Source of the DNA: an uncultured Acidobacteriota bacterium
GTDB taxonomy: Bacteria > Acidobacteriota > UBA6911 > RPQK01 > JAPXNP01
NCBI GenBank assembly: GCA_963777605.1
Contig: CAVZRV010000010.1
Span: 224,001 to 288,000, forward strand
Direction: 5' to 3'
DNA: 64,000 nt
Each line of letters begins with the position of its first letter. Position 1 is the first letter of the stretch. Below, one piece after another: positions 9,965 to 19,928 of the stretch. A program made the translations under genes and the position numbers. The notes beneath the pieces are model-generated. The model made no database searches and was not told where the DNA came from. It saw nothing but the letters and a program-made list of their open reading frames with translations.

Positions 9965-11131
9965 ATGCCCAATCCGCTCAAGCAAGTCATGAACATCCGC
10001 CGGAGTGAACCAGCCCAGTTCCTGATGAAGCCTACGCGCCGCGAATTCCTCTCCTCCTCTGCAGCCTCCCTGGCCCTCGCCGGCCGCCTGACATCGACCC
10101 CGATCGAAAAGAGTTCCCGCCCCCTGCGGATTCTCATCCTGGGAGGAACCGGTTTCATCGGCCCTCATCAGGTCCGATATGCCACGGAAAGGGGACATCG
10201 GCTCACCCTTTTTAACCGCGGCAAGACCGATCCCGGCCTGTTTCCGGACATCGAGCAACTGCGGGGAGACCGCGATAACGACCTGGAGTCGCTCAAGGGA
10301 GGAACCTGGGATGCCGTCATCGACAACTCCGCAACGTTTCCTCGGTGGGTCCGCCAGTCTGCCCAGTTGCTCAAGGACTCAGTGGAGCTCTATCTTTTTG
10401 TCTCCTCGCTCTCTGTTTTCACCGACAACAGCATCGTCGGGCTCAACGAGTCCAGCCCAGTCGGCACGATCGAGGACCCGACCGTGGAGGAGATCACCGG
10501 AGAGACTTACGGTCCGCTGAAGGCCCTGTGCGAAAAGGAAGCTCAGTCGGCTTTTCCCGACCGGAGCATCGTGGTGCGTCCCGGGCTGATTGTGGGACCG
10601 GGTGATCGCTCCGACCGGTTCACCTACTGGCCGGTCCGGGTGGATCGGGGAGGCGAGGTCCTGGCTCCTGGAGAACCCACCGACCCCATTCAGATTGTCG
10701 ATGCCCGAGACCTCACGGCCTGGATGATTCACCTCATCGAACGCCGTGCGGTCGGCCTGTACAATGCGACCGGTCCGGAAGCCCCCATGTCCATGGCGGA
10801 GATGCTATACGGAATTCGCGCCGTCACCTCTGCCCGGATGGGGTTCACCTGGGTTCCAAACTCCTTTCTCGAAACCCATCAGGTACAGCCCTGGTCGGAC
10901 ATGCCGGTCTGGATACCGTACACCGACGAAATGAAAGGTTTCTCAACCATCGACTGCAGTCGTGCAATATCCGCCGGTCTGCGCTTCCGCCCTCTGGCTG
11001 AGACCGCCCGCGACACCCTGGAATGGTTCAAATCGCTGCCCGCCGAAAGGCAGTCCCAACTCAAAGCGGGTCTTAGTCCTGAACGGGAACGAGAGGTATT
11101 GGAGGCGTGGAGAAACCGAGCAAAGTCCTGA
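9965..11131 (+). CDS. NAD-dependent epimerase/dehydratase (isoflavone-reductase-like) with Tat signal
   Basis: TRREFL twin-arginine motif plus hydrophobic stretch; ILGGTGFIG, FNRGKT, YGPLKALCE, RPGLIVGPGD; alternative start 10025. Confidence 0.9.
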   Translation: MPNPLKQVMNIRRSEPAQFLMKPTRREFLSSSAASLALAGRLTSTPIEKSSRPLRILILGGTGFIGPHQVRYATERGHRLTLFNRGKTDPGLFPDIEQLRGDRDNDLESLKGGTWDAVIDNSATFPRWVRQSAQLLKDSVELYLFVSSLSVFTDNSIVGLNESSPVGTIEDPTVEEITGETYGPLKALCEKEAQSAFPDRSIVVRPGLIVGPGDRSDRFTYWPVRVDRGGEVLAPGEPTDPIQIVDARDLTAWMIHLIERRAVGLYNATGPEAPMSMAEMLYGIRAVTSARMGFTWVPNSFLETHQVQPWSDMPVWIPYTDEMKGFSTIDCSRAISAGLRFRPLAETARDTLEWFKSLPAERQSQLKAGLSPEREREVLEAWRNRAKS

Positions 11132-12457
11132 GCCGAAGACTTCTTTCCCTGCTCAAGCTCAGTCCCGCCGAGGCTCGCCCGGTCCTCTGGTCGAGCGGGT
11201 ACCTTTTCTTCCTGCTCTCGAGTTACTACGTGCTGCGCCCGATTCGTGACGACGTGGCCGTGGCCAGCGGAATCGAAAATCTTCCCTGGCTGTTTACGGC
11301 GACCCTCGTGGCGACACTGATCTTCCACCCGTTCTTCACCACCCTGGTCAAACGGCTGCCGCGAGAGCGGTTCATCACGCTGACCTACCGCTTCTTTTCC
11401 CTGAACCTCTTCGTTTTCTTCCTGCTCTTCCGCTTCTCGGGGGGCAGCCTGAACATTTGGGTGGGGCGCTTCTTCTACGTCTGGACGAACGTCTTCAACC
11501 TTTTCTTAGTGTCCGTCTTCTGGGCCGGAATCGTGGATATCTTCGGCACCCAGGAAGGAAAGCGCGTCTTCGGGCTAATTGCGTTGGGCGGCACTCTCGG
11601 TGCGATCCTCGGATCGGGTATAACTACGGTACTGGCTTCAAAGATTGGCCCCCCCCAGCTGCTTCTCTTTTCGATTCTCCTGATCGAAGCGGCAATTCTG
11701 GCGATGCGCGCTCTGCACCGAACCGGACTGGTGCCGGAACCATTCTCCCCGGCCGTCTCCCTCGCCCCCCACGCGGGGCCCGCTTCTTTTTCGCGGTTCC
11801 TCTTCTCCCCGACCGGCGGAAGACAGCGGCCTGATTGGAGGCACGGTCTGGGCGGGATTGCGCAACGTGGCCAAAAGCCGGTTCCTGATCGGAATTGCGG
11901 CTTTCATGTTTCTCTACACCCTGACCGCATCATTTCTCTATTTCCAGCAAGCAGAGATCATGGGGTCACACTTTACTGATCGGGCCGCCCGCACCTCCGT
12001 ATTCGCATCCATCGATCTCGCCACCAACCTGGTGACGGTCGTCGGACAGCTCTTTCTCACCTCCCGGATCATCGGCTGGCTGGCCATTGGCGGAACCCTT
12101 GCGGTGCTGCCGGCTGTTTGCGTGGCGGGATTCTCCGTCCTGGGAACGATTCCTTCGGTAGCCTTCCTGATCGCCTTCCAGGTCGTCCGCCGAGCCGCCG
12201 ATTACACCCTCACCCGGCCCGCCAGGGAGACGCTCTACACGGTTCTCAACCGCGAAGACAAGTACAAATCCAAGAACTTTATCGACACGTTCGTCTACCG
12301 GTTCGGAGATCAGACCGGGGCCTGGGGCTATGCGGGCCTGGTCCTGATCGGCCTCGGGCTGCAGAAGATTGCCTGGGTGGCGGTTGGATTGTCGATTCTT
12401 TGGTTTGGAATCGCCCTCTGGCTCGGGCACAGGCAGGAAGAGGAGGCGGAGTCGTAG
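11107..12457 (+). CDS. NTP/NDP exchange (TLC/NTT-like) MFS transporter, with one frameshift near 11730-11820
   Basis: YYVLRPIRD, NLFLVSVFW, GKRVFGLIALGGTLGAILG in ORF 11107; IGGTVWAGL, RRAADY.LTRPARE.LYT, KYKSKNFIDTFVYRFGD in the next frame. Confidence 0.85.
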
Positions 12458-12463
12458 AGAGGC

Positions 12464-12499
12464 GGACAACCGAGACCGCCAACCCGGTCCCGGTTGCCC
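12464..12499 (-). terminator. 15-bp hairpin downstream of ferritin (terminator or stabiliser)
   Basis: Minus strand GGGCAACCGGGACCG-loop-CGGUCUCGGUUGUCC; the two + strand A.C mismatches are G-U pairs on the minus strand; no strong U-tract. Confidence 0.55.
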
Positions 12500-12534
12500 C
12501 TGCTTAAGCAAATCCCGTTGGGATGATGCTGCGG

Positions 12535-13038
12535 CTACTGAGCAGCTGCAGCGCCACGTCCGGCGAGTTCCCGATCCATCATAAAGAGGCCGCTCGGAGA
12601 ATCACCGATCAACTTGAGCTTCTCGACGATCCGGCCAACCGAGTCTTCTTCTTCAACCTGCTCGGTCACGAACCACATGAGGAAGCCGTGGGTCGCGTGA
12701 TCGCTCTCCTTGTTTGCCAGTTCCACAAGCTTGTCAATGCGACCGGTGATCATCCTTTCGTGCTCCTCGGCAGCGATGAAACCATCCAGGGGAGATTTCC
12801 ACTCGGTCTGCGGGTCTTCGATCCGAGTGAGGATCACGCGCCCGCTGCGGCTGTTGATGTAGCCGTAGAATTTCATCGCGTGAATCACCTCTTCCTGCGC
12901 CTGCTGCTTCATCCAGTTGGCGAACCCTTCCAGGTTCTTCGATTCAAAGTAGGCGGCAAGCGAGAGATAGACATATGAGGATGCGAGTTCGGCATTCAGT
13001 TGCTCGTTGAGTGCTTTTTCAATCTTCTTGGTCAGCAT
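12535..13038 (-). CDS. ftnA: Non-heme ferritin (FtnA-type)
   Basis: LNEQLNAEL.SSYVYL, QAQEE..HAMK, EHE..IT.RI, FLMWFV.EQVEEE ferroxidase residues. Confidence 0.95.
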   Translation of the reverse strand: MLTKKIEKALNEQLNAELASSYVYLSLAAYFESKNLEGFANWMKQQAQEEVIHAMKFYGYINSRSGRVILTRIEDPQTEWKSPLDGFIAAEEHERMITGRIDKLVELANKESDHATHGFLMWFVTEQVEEEDSVGRIVEKLKLIGDSPSGLFMMDRELAGRGAAAAQ

Positions 13039-13279
13039 AATCAATCCTTCCTCTTCATTTGAAAGCGAGTTCGCGTATCACTTCTAACACTTTAATTACT
13101 ACACTGTTAGAGGGAAACTTCAACCCAAGTCGGGTTTTCACAGGAAACCTTGTTTCCACGGAAGCCTAGACGAGTCCAGGCTGCTTGTGGATTCCACCGG
13201 GCGACGGATTAAGAATGTTCACTTCCGCCGGGCAAGCTGCCCGGCCGCCAAACCAGGCAGGCCCTGCCTGGATTACCCT

Positions 13280-13307
13280 CCAGGAACGAGAAACCAGGAA
13301 CCAGGAA
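13280..13307. repeat. Heptamer tandem repeat (CCAGGAA x4, one degenerate)
   Basis: ccaggaa-cgagaaa-ccaggaa-ccaggaa. Confidence 0.6.
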
Positions 13308-13549
13308 CTCATCTCAGTTGAAATTCCAGGTTAACCGCGGGAACTGCAGTCGCGCTCGTATCACCCGGTCCGCCGGAACTCGCGGCCACTGCCTCTACGG
13401 CCCGCCATACCCGTCTGAACGCCGCCATCGCTTCCCGGGAGGACGGTGGGCATCCGGATGATTATAATGGCCGTTGCAGCGGAATATCAGGGAATGCCGG
13501 GAGAGATATTGAACAGGTTCGTCGGCTATGACTGAGGAGGACTTTGGAG

Positions 13550-14530
13550 ATGGGAGAAGAACGATTCTTGGTAACCGGGGCAAGCGGCTGCATCGGGGCG
13601 TGGGTGCTCAAGGTTCTCCATGACGAAGGTGTCGAGGTAATCGCCAGCGACTTGAGCGACGACCTCTACCGGGTTCGTGCCCTGATTGGAGACGATGAGG
13701 TTGACAATCTCGCATACCGGCGCCTCGACATTCTCGATTCCGACACGCTCCACCGCATCATCGAGGAAGAATCGATCACTCACCTGATCCACCTGGCCGG
13801 CCTTCAGGTTCCGTTCTGCAAGGCCAATCCTTCGCTCGGAGCTCAGGTCAATGTGGTGGGGACGGTCAACGTTCTGGAAGCAAGGCGAAAATTCCAGAAC
13901 CAGATCCGGGGCCTCGCCTACGCGAGTTCGGTCGCGGTACTCGGACCGGCGACACTATACCCGGAAGAACCCCTGGGAGATCAGGTCGAGCTGGCTCCGG
14001 AGACTCTTTACGGGGTGTACAAGGTAGCCGATGAAATGGCCGCCCGCGTTTACTGGAACGACTGGAGAGTACCCAGTGTCGGACTGCGGCCTTACATCGT
14101 GTACGGTGCAGGCCGGGACCAGGGGTTGACCTCGGACCTCACCAAGGCCCTGTTAGCAGCCTGCGCGGGACTTCCGTTCACTGTGAAGTTCAGTGGGAAA
14201 GTGCTCGTTCACTATGCCCGTGACGTCGCCGAAGCATTCATAAGGGCAGCGCGGGCCGAATACAGCGGAGCAGCGGCCTGTAACCTGGGCGGCGCGGTAG
14301 TTTCCGTGGCGGAATTCCTGGAAGGGATTCGGGAAGTCGTGCAGGACACCCGAGTCGAGCACGACGCCGGGAACGTCCTGCCCTTCCCCTACCAATTGGA
14401 GGACGCCGGCCTCCGATCGATCATCGGCGAATATCCGCTCACCGAAACTCGCCGGGCAATCGAGGAGACCCGCATAATCTTTCAGCGGCTGCTCAAATCG
14501 AACCGCATCAACCTGAGGCAACTCGGATGA
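13550..14530 (+). CDS. NAD-dependent epimerase/dehydratase
   Basis: LVTGASGCIG, IHLAGLQVP, YASS.AV, TLYGVYK (YxxxK); SD GAGGAGG. Confidence 0.9.
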   Translation: MGEERFLVTGASGCIGAWVLKVLHDEGVEVIASDLSDDLYRVRALIGDDEVDNLAYRRLDILDSDTLHRIIEEESITHLIHLAGLQVPFCKANPSLGAQVNVVGTVNVLEARRKFQNQIRGLAYASSVAVLGPATLYPEEPLGDQVELAPETLYGVYKVADEMAARVYWNDWRVPSVGLRPYIVYGAGRDQGLTSDLTKALLAACAGLPFTVKFSGKVLVHYARDVAEAFIRAARAEYSGAAACNLGGAVVSVAEFLEGIREVVQDTRVEHDAGNVLPFPYQLEDAGLRSIIGEYPLTETRRAIEETRIIFQRLLKSNRINLRQLG

Positions 14531-14545
14531 GGCTGCCGGGTCGAG

Positions 14546-14698
14546 CTAAATCTTGCCCTCTTTGAAGATGACGTGCTTCCGGATAACCGGATCGTACTTC
14601 TTCAGCTCAAGCTTCTTGGTGGTATTGCGCTTGTTCTTGGTCGTCGTGTAGAAGACCCCAGTCTTCGCCGTCGACACCAGCTTAATCTTCTCTCTCAT
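14546..14698 (-). CDS. rpmG: 50S ribosomal protein L33, cysteine-free (C-) form; absent from the ORF track
   Basis: Manual translation [50 protein letters not shown]; SD AGGAGG. Confidence 0.97.
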   Translation of the reverse strand: MREKIKLVSTAKTGVFYTTTKNKRNTTKKLELKKYDPVIRKHVIFKEGKI

Positions 14699-14707
14699 GA
14701 CGACCTC

Positions 14708-14950
14708 CTATCGAAGCACCTGCTCCAGCGTCAAACCTTCGTCACGCAGGAAACCGAGCAACCCTTTCTTGGTCACAGTCCGCAGCGCTCGGGTCGACAG
14801 CCGAATCCGCACCCATCGGTCCTCTTCAGCGACATAAATGCGCTTGGTCTGCAAATTGGGAAGCTGCCGTCTCTTCGTCCTTCTATTCGAATGGGACACG
14901 TTATTTCCGCTCAACGGTCCCTTTCCAGTCAACTGGCACTTGCGAGCCAT
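14708..14950 (-). CDS. rpmB: 50S ribosomal protein L28, long zinc-independent form
   Basis: [30 protein letters not shown]; SD AAGGAGG. Confidence 0.97.
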   Translation of the reverse strand: MARKCQLTGKGPLSGNNVSHSNRRTKRRQLPNLQTKRIYVAEEDRWVRIRLSTRALRTVTKKGLLGFLRDEGLTLEQVLR

Positions 14951-14983
14951 GAGTGTCCTCCTTCGTCTTCGTGAAAGTCACAA

Positions 14984-15013
14984 AGTATACAAAATCCAAT
15001 GGCTTTCCTGCAA
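14984..15013 (-). promoter_or_regulatory. Sigma70-type promoter of rpmB-rpmG
   Basis: TTGCAG-N18-TATACT on the minus strand. Confidence 0.55.
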
Positions 15014-15021
15014 ACCGGCTT

Positions 15022-15891
15022 TCAAGCCCGCAACACTGCATCCGCCACGCAGATCGCGCCCCACCCGATCAGACCGCCGACAATAATATCGAGCACGAAG
15101 TGGTAGCGTCCGTATACCGATCCGAGCCACATCGTCAGAACAAGAATCAGGGCGCCAATTCCGGCATCGGGACCCCAGATTCGCCAGCACCAGACTAGAA
15201 AGACGACCGCCGTAGAACTGTGACTGCTTGGCATTGCGCCGCCCTTTAGCGCAGGTCCTCCAAACATCACTCGGTTGGTGAACTCCGTAATCGCAAAACC
15301 CTGCATCCTCTGTTCCCCCGGGCTGACGAGACCCTCTTCCACGAGTGCCCACCGGGGACCGTGGGCAGGAACCACGGCAAACAGGAGATAGGACACGAGG
15401 TATCCCAGCATTACCGCGAACGTCATTGCCTGAAAACGGAAGATCTGTCCGCTCAAGTCGAGATAGAGGCCCAGGGCAGGTGTGTAAAAGAAGTAACTGT
15501 TGTATCCCAAATGAAGGAACTCACACAGGTACCGGTTCCCCGAGCGGGCCCAGTGAAGACTTGGCTGCCCGATCTTGTCCTCCAACTCGATGAGGAAGCG
15601 ATCGATTGTCTTGCCGGGCGGATAGATCGCATGGAGGATCTTCCGGGTCCAGAGGTAAGCCCACCAGAAGAAGACCACTGGTCCCCACAAGAGCAGCACT
15701 CGCTTCAGGCCGTGCGGCTCGACCAACGTCTGAGCCGCGGCAACAACAGCGAACAGAAGAGCGACCACCAGCGCTCCGTTGACGGCGAGGATCCGTATCT
15801 TCCAACCCCGCCTTTTCCGCCTTGCGAAAATGACCAGGAGGCTGTGCAGGATCAGAAAGATTACCGGTAGAACAGCCGGAAGGGGGCTCAT
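15022..15891 (-). CDS. PAP2-superfamily membrane protein (AUR1/IPC-synthase-like subgroup)
   Basis: PA.GP, AMPSSH, YGRYHFVLD motifs; multiple TMs. Confidence 0.8.
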   Translation of the reverse strand: MSPLPAVLPVIFLILHSLLVIFARRKRRGWKIRILAVNGALVVALLFAVVAAAQTLVEPHGLKRVLLLWGPVVFFWWAYLWTRKILHAIYPPGKTIDRFLIELEDKIGQPSLHWARSGNRYLCEFLHLGYNSYFFYTPALGLYLDLSGQIFRFQAMTFAVMLGYLVSYLLFAVVPAHGPRWALVEEGLVSPGEQRMQGFAITEFTNRVMFGGPALKGGAMPSSHSSTAVVFLVWCWRIWGPDAGIGALILVLTMWLGSVYGRYHFVLDIIVGGLIGWGAICVADAVLRA

Positions 15892-16226
15892 CCCTGGCAA
15901 TTATCGGGCAACCACCGGTACCTTTCCAACGGAAGATTTCCGATTGGGCCGAACTCGACACCCTCGCGCTCCAGGAGCGAGCGCTGCAGTCCCGTCGGGA
16001 CGTGCGGCAACCGGTCGGTGGAGCAGCCACCCCGGGAATTGACCACCCGGTGCCAGGGAACACCCTCCGGGCACGTGTTCATGGCCCACCCGACGGCCCG
16101 GGCTGAAAGCGGTTCGATCATCAGGGCGATCTGCCCGTAGGTCATCACCCGCCCAGGAGGAATCTTTCGAACCAGGGCATAGACTGCCTCCCACGCACTT
16201 TCACGATTCGAGGACCTGGATCCCAT
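15888..16226 (-). CDS. Alkyltransferase-like protein (Atl/YbaZ, MGMT family)
   Basis: IPPGRVMTYGQIA, ARAVG.AM, PWHRV (Trp in place of the catalytic Cys), QRSLLE.EGV. Confidence 0.9.
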   Translation of the reverse strand: MGSRSSNRESAWEAVYALVRKIPPGRVMTYGQIALMIEPLSARAVGWAMNTCPEGVPWHRVVNSRGGCSTDRLPHVPTGLQRSLLEREGVEFGPIGNLPLERYRWLPDNCQG

Positions 16227-16276
16227 TGCAAACGAGTATAACGAAGCGCCCCTGAGATATGGCAAGGTCTGGGGTC

Positions 16277-17131
16277 TTACTCTTCGCTGTACGTGATCTC
16301 CATGCACCGGGCTCTCACGGCCGCAATCGACAGCGCCACCGCGACCACCAGAAGCAGTCCGGGCACCGCCACCCAGAAGGGAGCCGGTTCAGCCAGAATA
16401 GTCACCGGCCCCTCGGGAATCGGCACCGGACAAAGTGATTCGAGGTAGTAGATTACGCTGATCTGTTTCAAGGTCGGCGGGAGGAGGAAGTTGATGTACT
16501 CCCACCCAAGAATGACCCCAGCCGGGACGATCGGGTTCCGGAAGTAGAGTCCAATCAGCATGAACACAGCCCCGTACCCCACGCAGGCCAATATGGTCAG
16601 GCCCAGGTAAGCGAAGAGGTGACCCAGCCCGGGACCCTTCAAAACGAACTCCTCGAATGCCACCCAGCCCGCCGGAGCGAAGAGCAACCCGTAGGAGAGC
16701 AGCGTGCTGATTCCGAAAATGACCGAGGTGCTGATCACGCCGGCCAGGTATTTCCCCACCACCAGAACCTCCCGGCGCACCGGGGACAGAAGGTAGAAGT
16801 GAATCACCCGCTCCAACATGTCTCCCCTGAACAGGCGGGTAAATACACCAACGCAGCCAAAGAAGATCGCCAGCCGCAGGACAAATGTCCGGAAGATCAG
16901 CGCGTAGAGAGCCCCCTCTCCGCCCAGGCGGTCGATAAAGGTCTTGTCCGGACCCAGCATTCGCAGAGAGAGGAGGAGTACCGGCATACCGGCGAGAAGG
17001 TAGACGAATAGGGATCGCTTGCCGAAAAGATTCTTGCGTCCTTCGATCGCAAGGATTCCCTGGACCTGGCGTCGCCAAAGCGCCCAGGGAGCCTCCGATA
17101 GCCGGGTCTTGATGGATGCCACACTGCTCAT
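16277..17131 (-). CDS. ABC-2-type transporter permease
   Basis: About 6 TMs, PVRRE.LVVGKYL motif; follows ABC ATPase. Confidence 0.85.
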   Translation of the reverse strand: MSSVASIKTRLSEAPWALWRRQVQGILAIEGRKNLFGKRSLFVYLLAGMPVLLLSLRMLGPDKTFIDRLGGEGALYALIFRTFVLRLAIFFGCVGVFTRLFRGDMLERVIHFYLLSPVRREVLVVGKYLAGVISTSVIFGISTLLSYGLLFAPAGWVAFEEFVLKGPGLGHLFAYLGLTILACVGYGAVFMLIGLYFRNPIVPAGVILGWEYINFLLPPTLKQISVIYYLESLCPVPIPEGPVTILAEPAPFWVAVPGLLLVVAVALSIAAVRARCMEITYSEE

Positions 17132-17141
17132 TTTCAATTCC

Positions 17142-18080
17142 TCAGGAACCGATCAGGTACTGGTAGACCGAGTGAACATCTTCATCGGCCGGCGTCACCA
17201 TCTCGATCTGGAGCCGGGTTTCGAGTATCGCCTGGTTCAGCCTCCGGTAGAACTTCTCCGCATCCCGCGTGCGAATCAGCAACCCCCGATGGTCTTCCTG
17301 AATCTTGACCTCGACGACATGATCCATTTCGAACAGCCTGGATGCCAGAACGGACGGCCGGTCACACCGAATCAGGACCTGGATCGGGTGCTCGGGCAAC
17401 TCACCGCGCACACTGGAAATGTCTCCTTCCGCAATCACATAGCCACCGTTCAGAAGGACGACCTGATCGGAGATCATGTCGATCTCGTGAAGGATGTGGC
17501 TGGACACGATCACGAAGCGGGATTCGGAGGCAAATTCCCTGAAGAGGGCGATCACTTCGGAACGCGCCATGGGATCGAGGCCGTTGAGCGGCTCGTCCAG
17601 GACGAGAACGGTCGGGTTGTGGGCGATTGCCTGGGCCAGCTTGATTCGCTGCCGCATCCCTTTGCTGTAACCCGCCACCTTTCTTCGGGCGGCATCGACC
17701 AGCTTCACCCGTTCCAGCGCATTCCAGGCCAGTTCGTGTGCTTCCTTCGAGGTGAATCCATGGACCTTCAGGAAGGAGGAAACAAACTCGAACCCGGTGA
17801 AACCACGAGGAAAAGCATCGTACTGGGTACAGTAGCCAAGCTGACGGAAGAGAACCTCAGGCTGGTATGGGGAACAATCCAGGACACGGATGCGCCCCCG
17901 GGTCGGGCGCAGCAGGCCCGTCATCAGGTTCATCAGGGTGGTTTTACCGCTTCCGTTCGGGCCGACCAGTCCGGTAATTCCGGGGCTCAGCGCAAGGGAA
18001 ACCCGGTTGATACCCAGTACCTCCCCATAGAACTTCGATACACTTTCAAAGATAATCGACGAGGCTTCGGCCACAGTCAT
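17142..18080 (-). CDS. ABC transporter ATP-binding protein
   Basis: [32 protein letters not shown]. Confidence 0.95.
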   Translation of the reverse strand: MTVAEASSIIFESVSKFYGEVLGINRVSLALSPGITGLVGPNGSGKTTLMNLMTGLLRPTRGRIRVLDCSPYQPEVLFRQLGYCTQYDAFPRGFTGFEFVSSFLKVHGFTSKEAHELAWNALERVKLVDAARRKVAGYSKGMRQRIKLAQAIAHNPTVLVLDEPLNGLDPMARSEVIALFREFASESRFVIVSSHILHEIDMISDQVVLLNGGYVIAEGDISSVRGELPEHPIQVLIRCDRPSVLASRLFEMDHVVEVKIQEDHRGLLIRTRDAEKFYRRLNQAILETRLQIEMVTPADEDVHSVYQYLIGS

Positions 18081-18952
18081 CGAACCACCTCGTAGGCTCG
18101 AATTCTTCGCGACAGCAACAAAAGGCTTACACCGCATACCAGGCCCAGGACCAGCCAGGCGCTCCAAACCGGGACGCTCCCGATCCCACTCTCCGGACCG
18201 GCCTCACTCCCGAAAAAGAGCCAGTCCCAGATTGTCTGGATCAGATAATTGAGATGGAAAAGATCCCCCCAGGGCGTCAGGAAGATCTCCCGGATCGCAC
18301 TGCCGAACCCGGCTCCCACAAAGAACAAACCAAATAGCAGCGCCCCCGCCACCGACTTCCAGCGGACCCAGGAAGAGATGGCCAGAGCCAGCAGTGAAAG
18401 CACGATCATCCAGATCCACGATCCGACGAAAATCGCCACCAGGATCCGCATATTCTCGAGCATCCAGCCATCCGCGAGATTGGCCTGCAGCAGAAACAGC
18501 AACCCCAGCGGCAACCACGTGATGCAGGACATCAGGATAACCAGGACCGCCATCTTTCCGATGACGTACTCGCTTCGCGAAAAAGCCCTGCTGAGATAAA
18601 GCGGCAGCCCGTTATTGATCAGGTCGGGGGAAACCAATCCCGGCCCCACGAATGCCGTCAGAAGAAAAGCGAAAGCGCCCTGGACAGCCAGCAACTGGCG
18701 AAAGAAGGACGCATTGATCGAGATCAACGCATCGGCGGGAATCCGCAGCATCCCCAGCGCAGCAAGGTTGTGCTTCAGGTAGATCAGAACCCCCGCTCCC
18801 AGTGGAACCATGAAACAGAGGACGAAGAAGACTGTGAAAAACCGGGACTCGAACACCTTGCGGTAGGCATAGCGGGGAAAGACCAGGATTCGCTGCCACT
18901 GGGCAGTCAGTTCTCCCTCGTAGCTCCGATAAGTATTCCTATAGACTGCCAT
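18077..18952 (-). CDS. ABC-2-type transporter permease
   Basis: About 6 TMs, [15 protein letters not shown]...SEYVIGK. Confidence 0.85.
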   Translation of the reverse strand: MAVYRNTYRSYEGELTAQWQRILVFPRYAYRKVFESRFFTVFFVLCFMVPLGAGVLIYLKHNLAALGMLRIPADALISINASFFRQLLAVQGAFAFLLTAFVGPGLVSPDLINNGLPLYLSRAFSRSEYVIGKMAVLVILMSCITWLPLGLLFLLQANLADGWMLENMRILVAIFVGSWIWMIVLSLLALAISSWVRWKSVAGALLFGLFFVGAGFGSAIREIFLTPWGDLFHLNYLIQTIWDWLFFGSEAGPESGIGSVPVWSAWLVLGLVCGVSLLLLSRRIRAYEVVR

Positions 18953-19871
18953 TGTCAGTTCCCATCGCCTTGAGGAAGATGTCCTCGAGGGAGTCCTTCT
19001 TGTAACTCAACCGCCTCAATTCCACGTCCGATTCAATTGCAGTCCGGTAGAGATCCGAGATCTCGAGGCCTTCCGGGAGAACCACTTTGTAGCGCCTCTG
19101 CCCGGACTTCGCCCACTCACAGCCGAGCGCCTCAACCCGTTCCATAAAAGCTTCCGTCGAACCATGAGCCTCCAGTTCGACGAATTTCCGGTTGGCACTC
19201 CGCTCCTTTTCAAGGTTGCAATAAACGGCAATATGTCCCTGCCTCAGGATGATCACCTCTTCACAGCACTCCTCGACGTCGCGCAGCAAGTGGGACGAGA
19301 GAATGACGTGCACGTCGTCGGCCTTGATAATCTCGCGAATCAGCTTGAGCATGCGGAGCCGCGCCGGCGGGTCCAACCCGTTGGTCGGCTCGTCGAGAAA
19401 GAGAAGTCGAGGTCCATGAACGATCGCCTGGGCGAGTTTCACAAGCTGCTTCATACCTTGGGAGAAGGTCTCCACCTTTCGATAGCGGGCCTCCCCGAGG
19501 CCGACGTAGAAGAGCGTCTCGTGGGCCCTCTCCAGCGCCGCCGAGGACGGGATCCCGGTCAGTTCCGCCAGCATTGCCACGAAGCGAACCGCTGTCATGC
19601 CGGCGATGAAAGACTCATTTTCCGGCATGTACCCAAGCATGGAGCGGATGCTCCGGGCATCGCTCTGAATGTCCCGGCCGAAGATTCGTGCGGCGCCGGA
19701 TGCGGGAGAGTGAAACCCAAGGAGGGTGTGAATCATCGTGGTCTTGCCGGCTCCGTTCGGACCGAGGAGGCCGATAGCCCGGCCGGAAAAGGTGCCGCTG
19801 ACTTGTTTCAAGGCTTCCAACCGGCCAAATCTGACCGTCAAATTCTCGAGCTCGATGACCGGCTCCGCCAT
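18939..19871 (-). CDS. ABC transporter ATP-binding protein
   Basis: [32 protein letters not shown]. Confidence 0.95.
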   Translation of the reverse strand: MAEPVIELENLTVRFGRLEALKQVSGTFSGRAIGLLGPNGAGKTTMIHTLLGFHSPASGAARIFGRDIQSDARSIRSMLGYMPENESFIAGMTAVRFVAMLAELTGIPSSAALERAHETLFYVGLGEARYRKVETFSQGMKQLVKLAQAIVHGPRLLFLDEPTNGLDPPARLRMLKLIREIIKADDVHVILSSHLLRDVEECCEEVIILRQGHIAVYCNLEKERSANRKFVELEAHGSTEAFMERVEALGCEWAKSGQRRYKVVLPEGLEISDLYRTAIESDVELRRLSYKKDSLEDIFLKAMGTDNGSL

Positions 19872-19928
19872 GCCTACCCCCGAATGCCGGGGCCGCCGCA
19901 ACCCTGTCCGGCGGCCCCGCAATCGATA

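Noticed and set aside
13060-13080. Fur box upstream of ferritin
   Set aside because: Only about 9 of 19 positions match GATAATGATAATCATTATC by eye
13140-13310. SRP/6S RNA or CRISPR array in the ferritin intergenic region
   Set aside because: AAGCAGCC is present but the SRP CAGG..GGAAGG loop is not; no long 6S-like rod seen; repeats are 7 nt with no spacers
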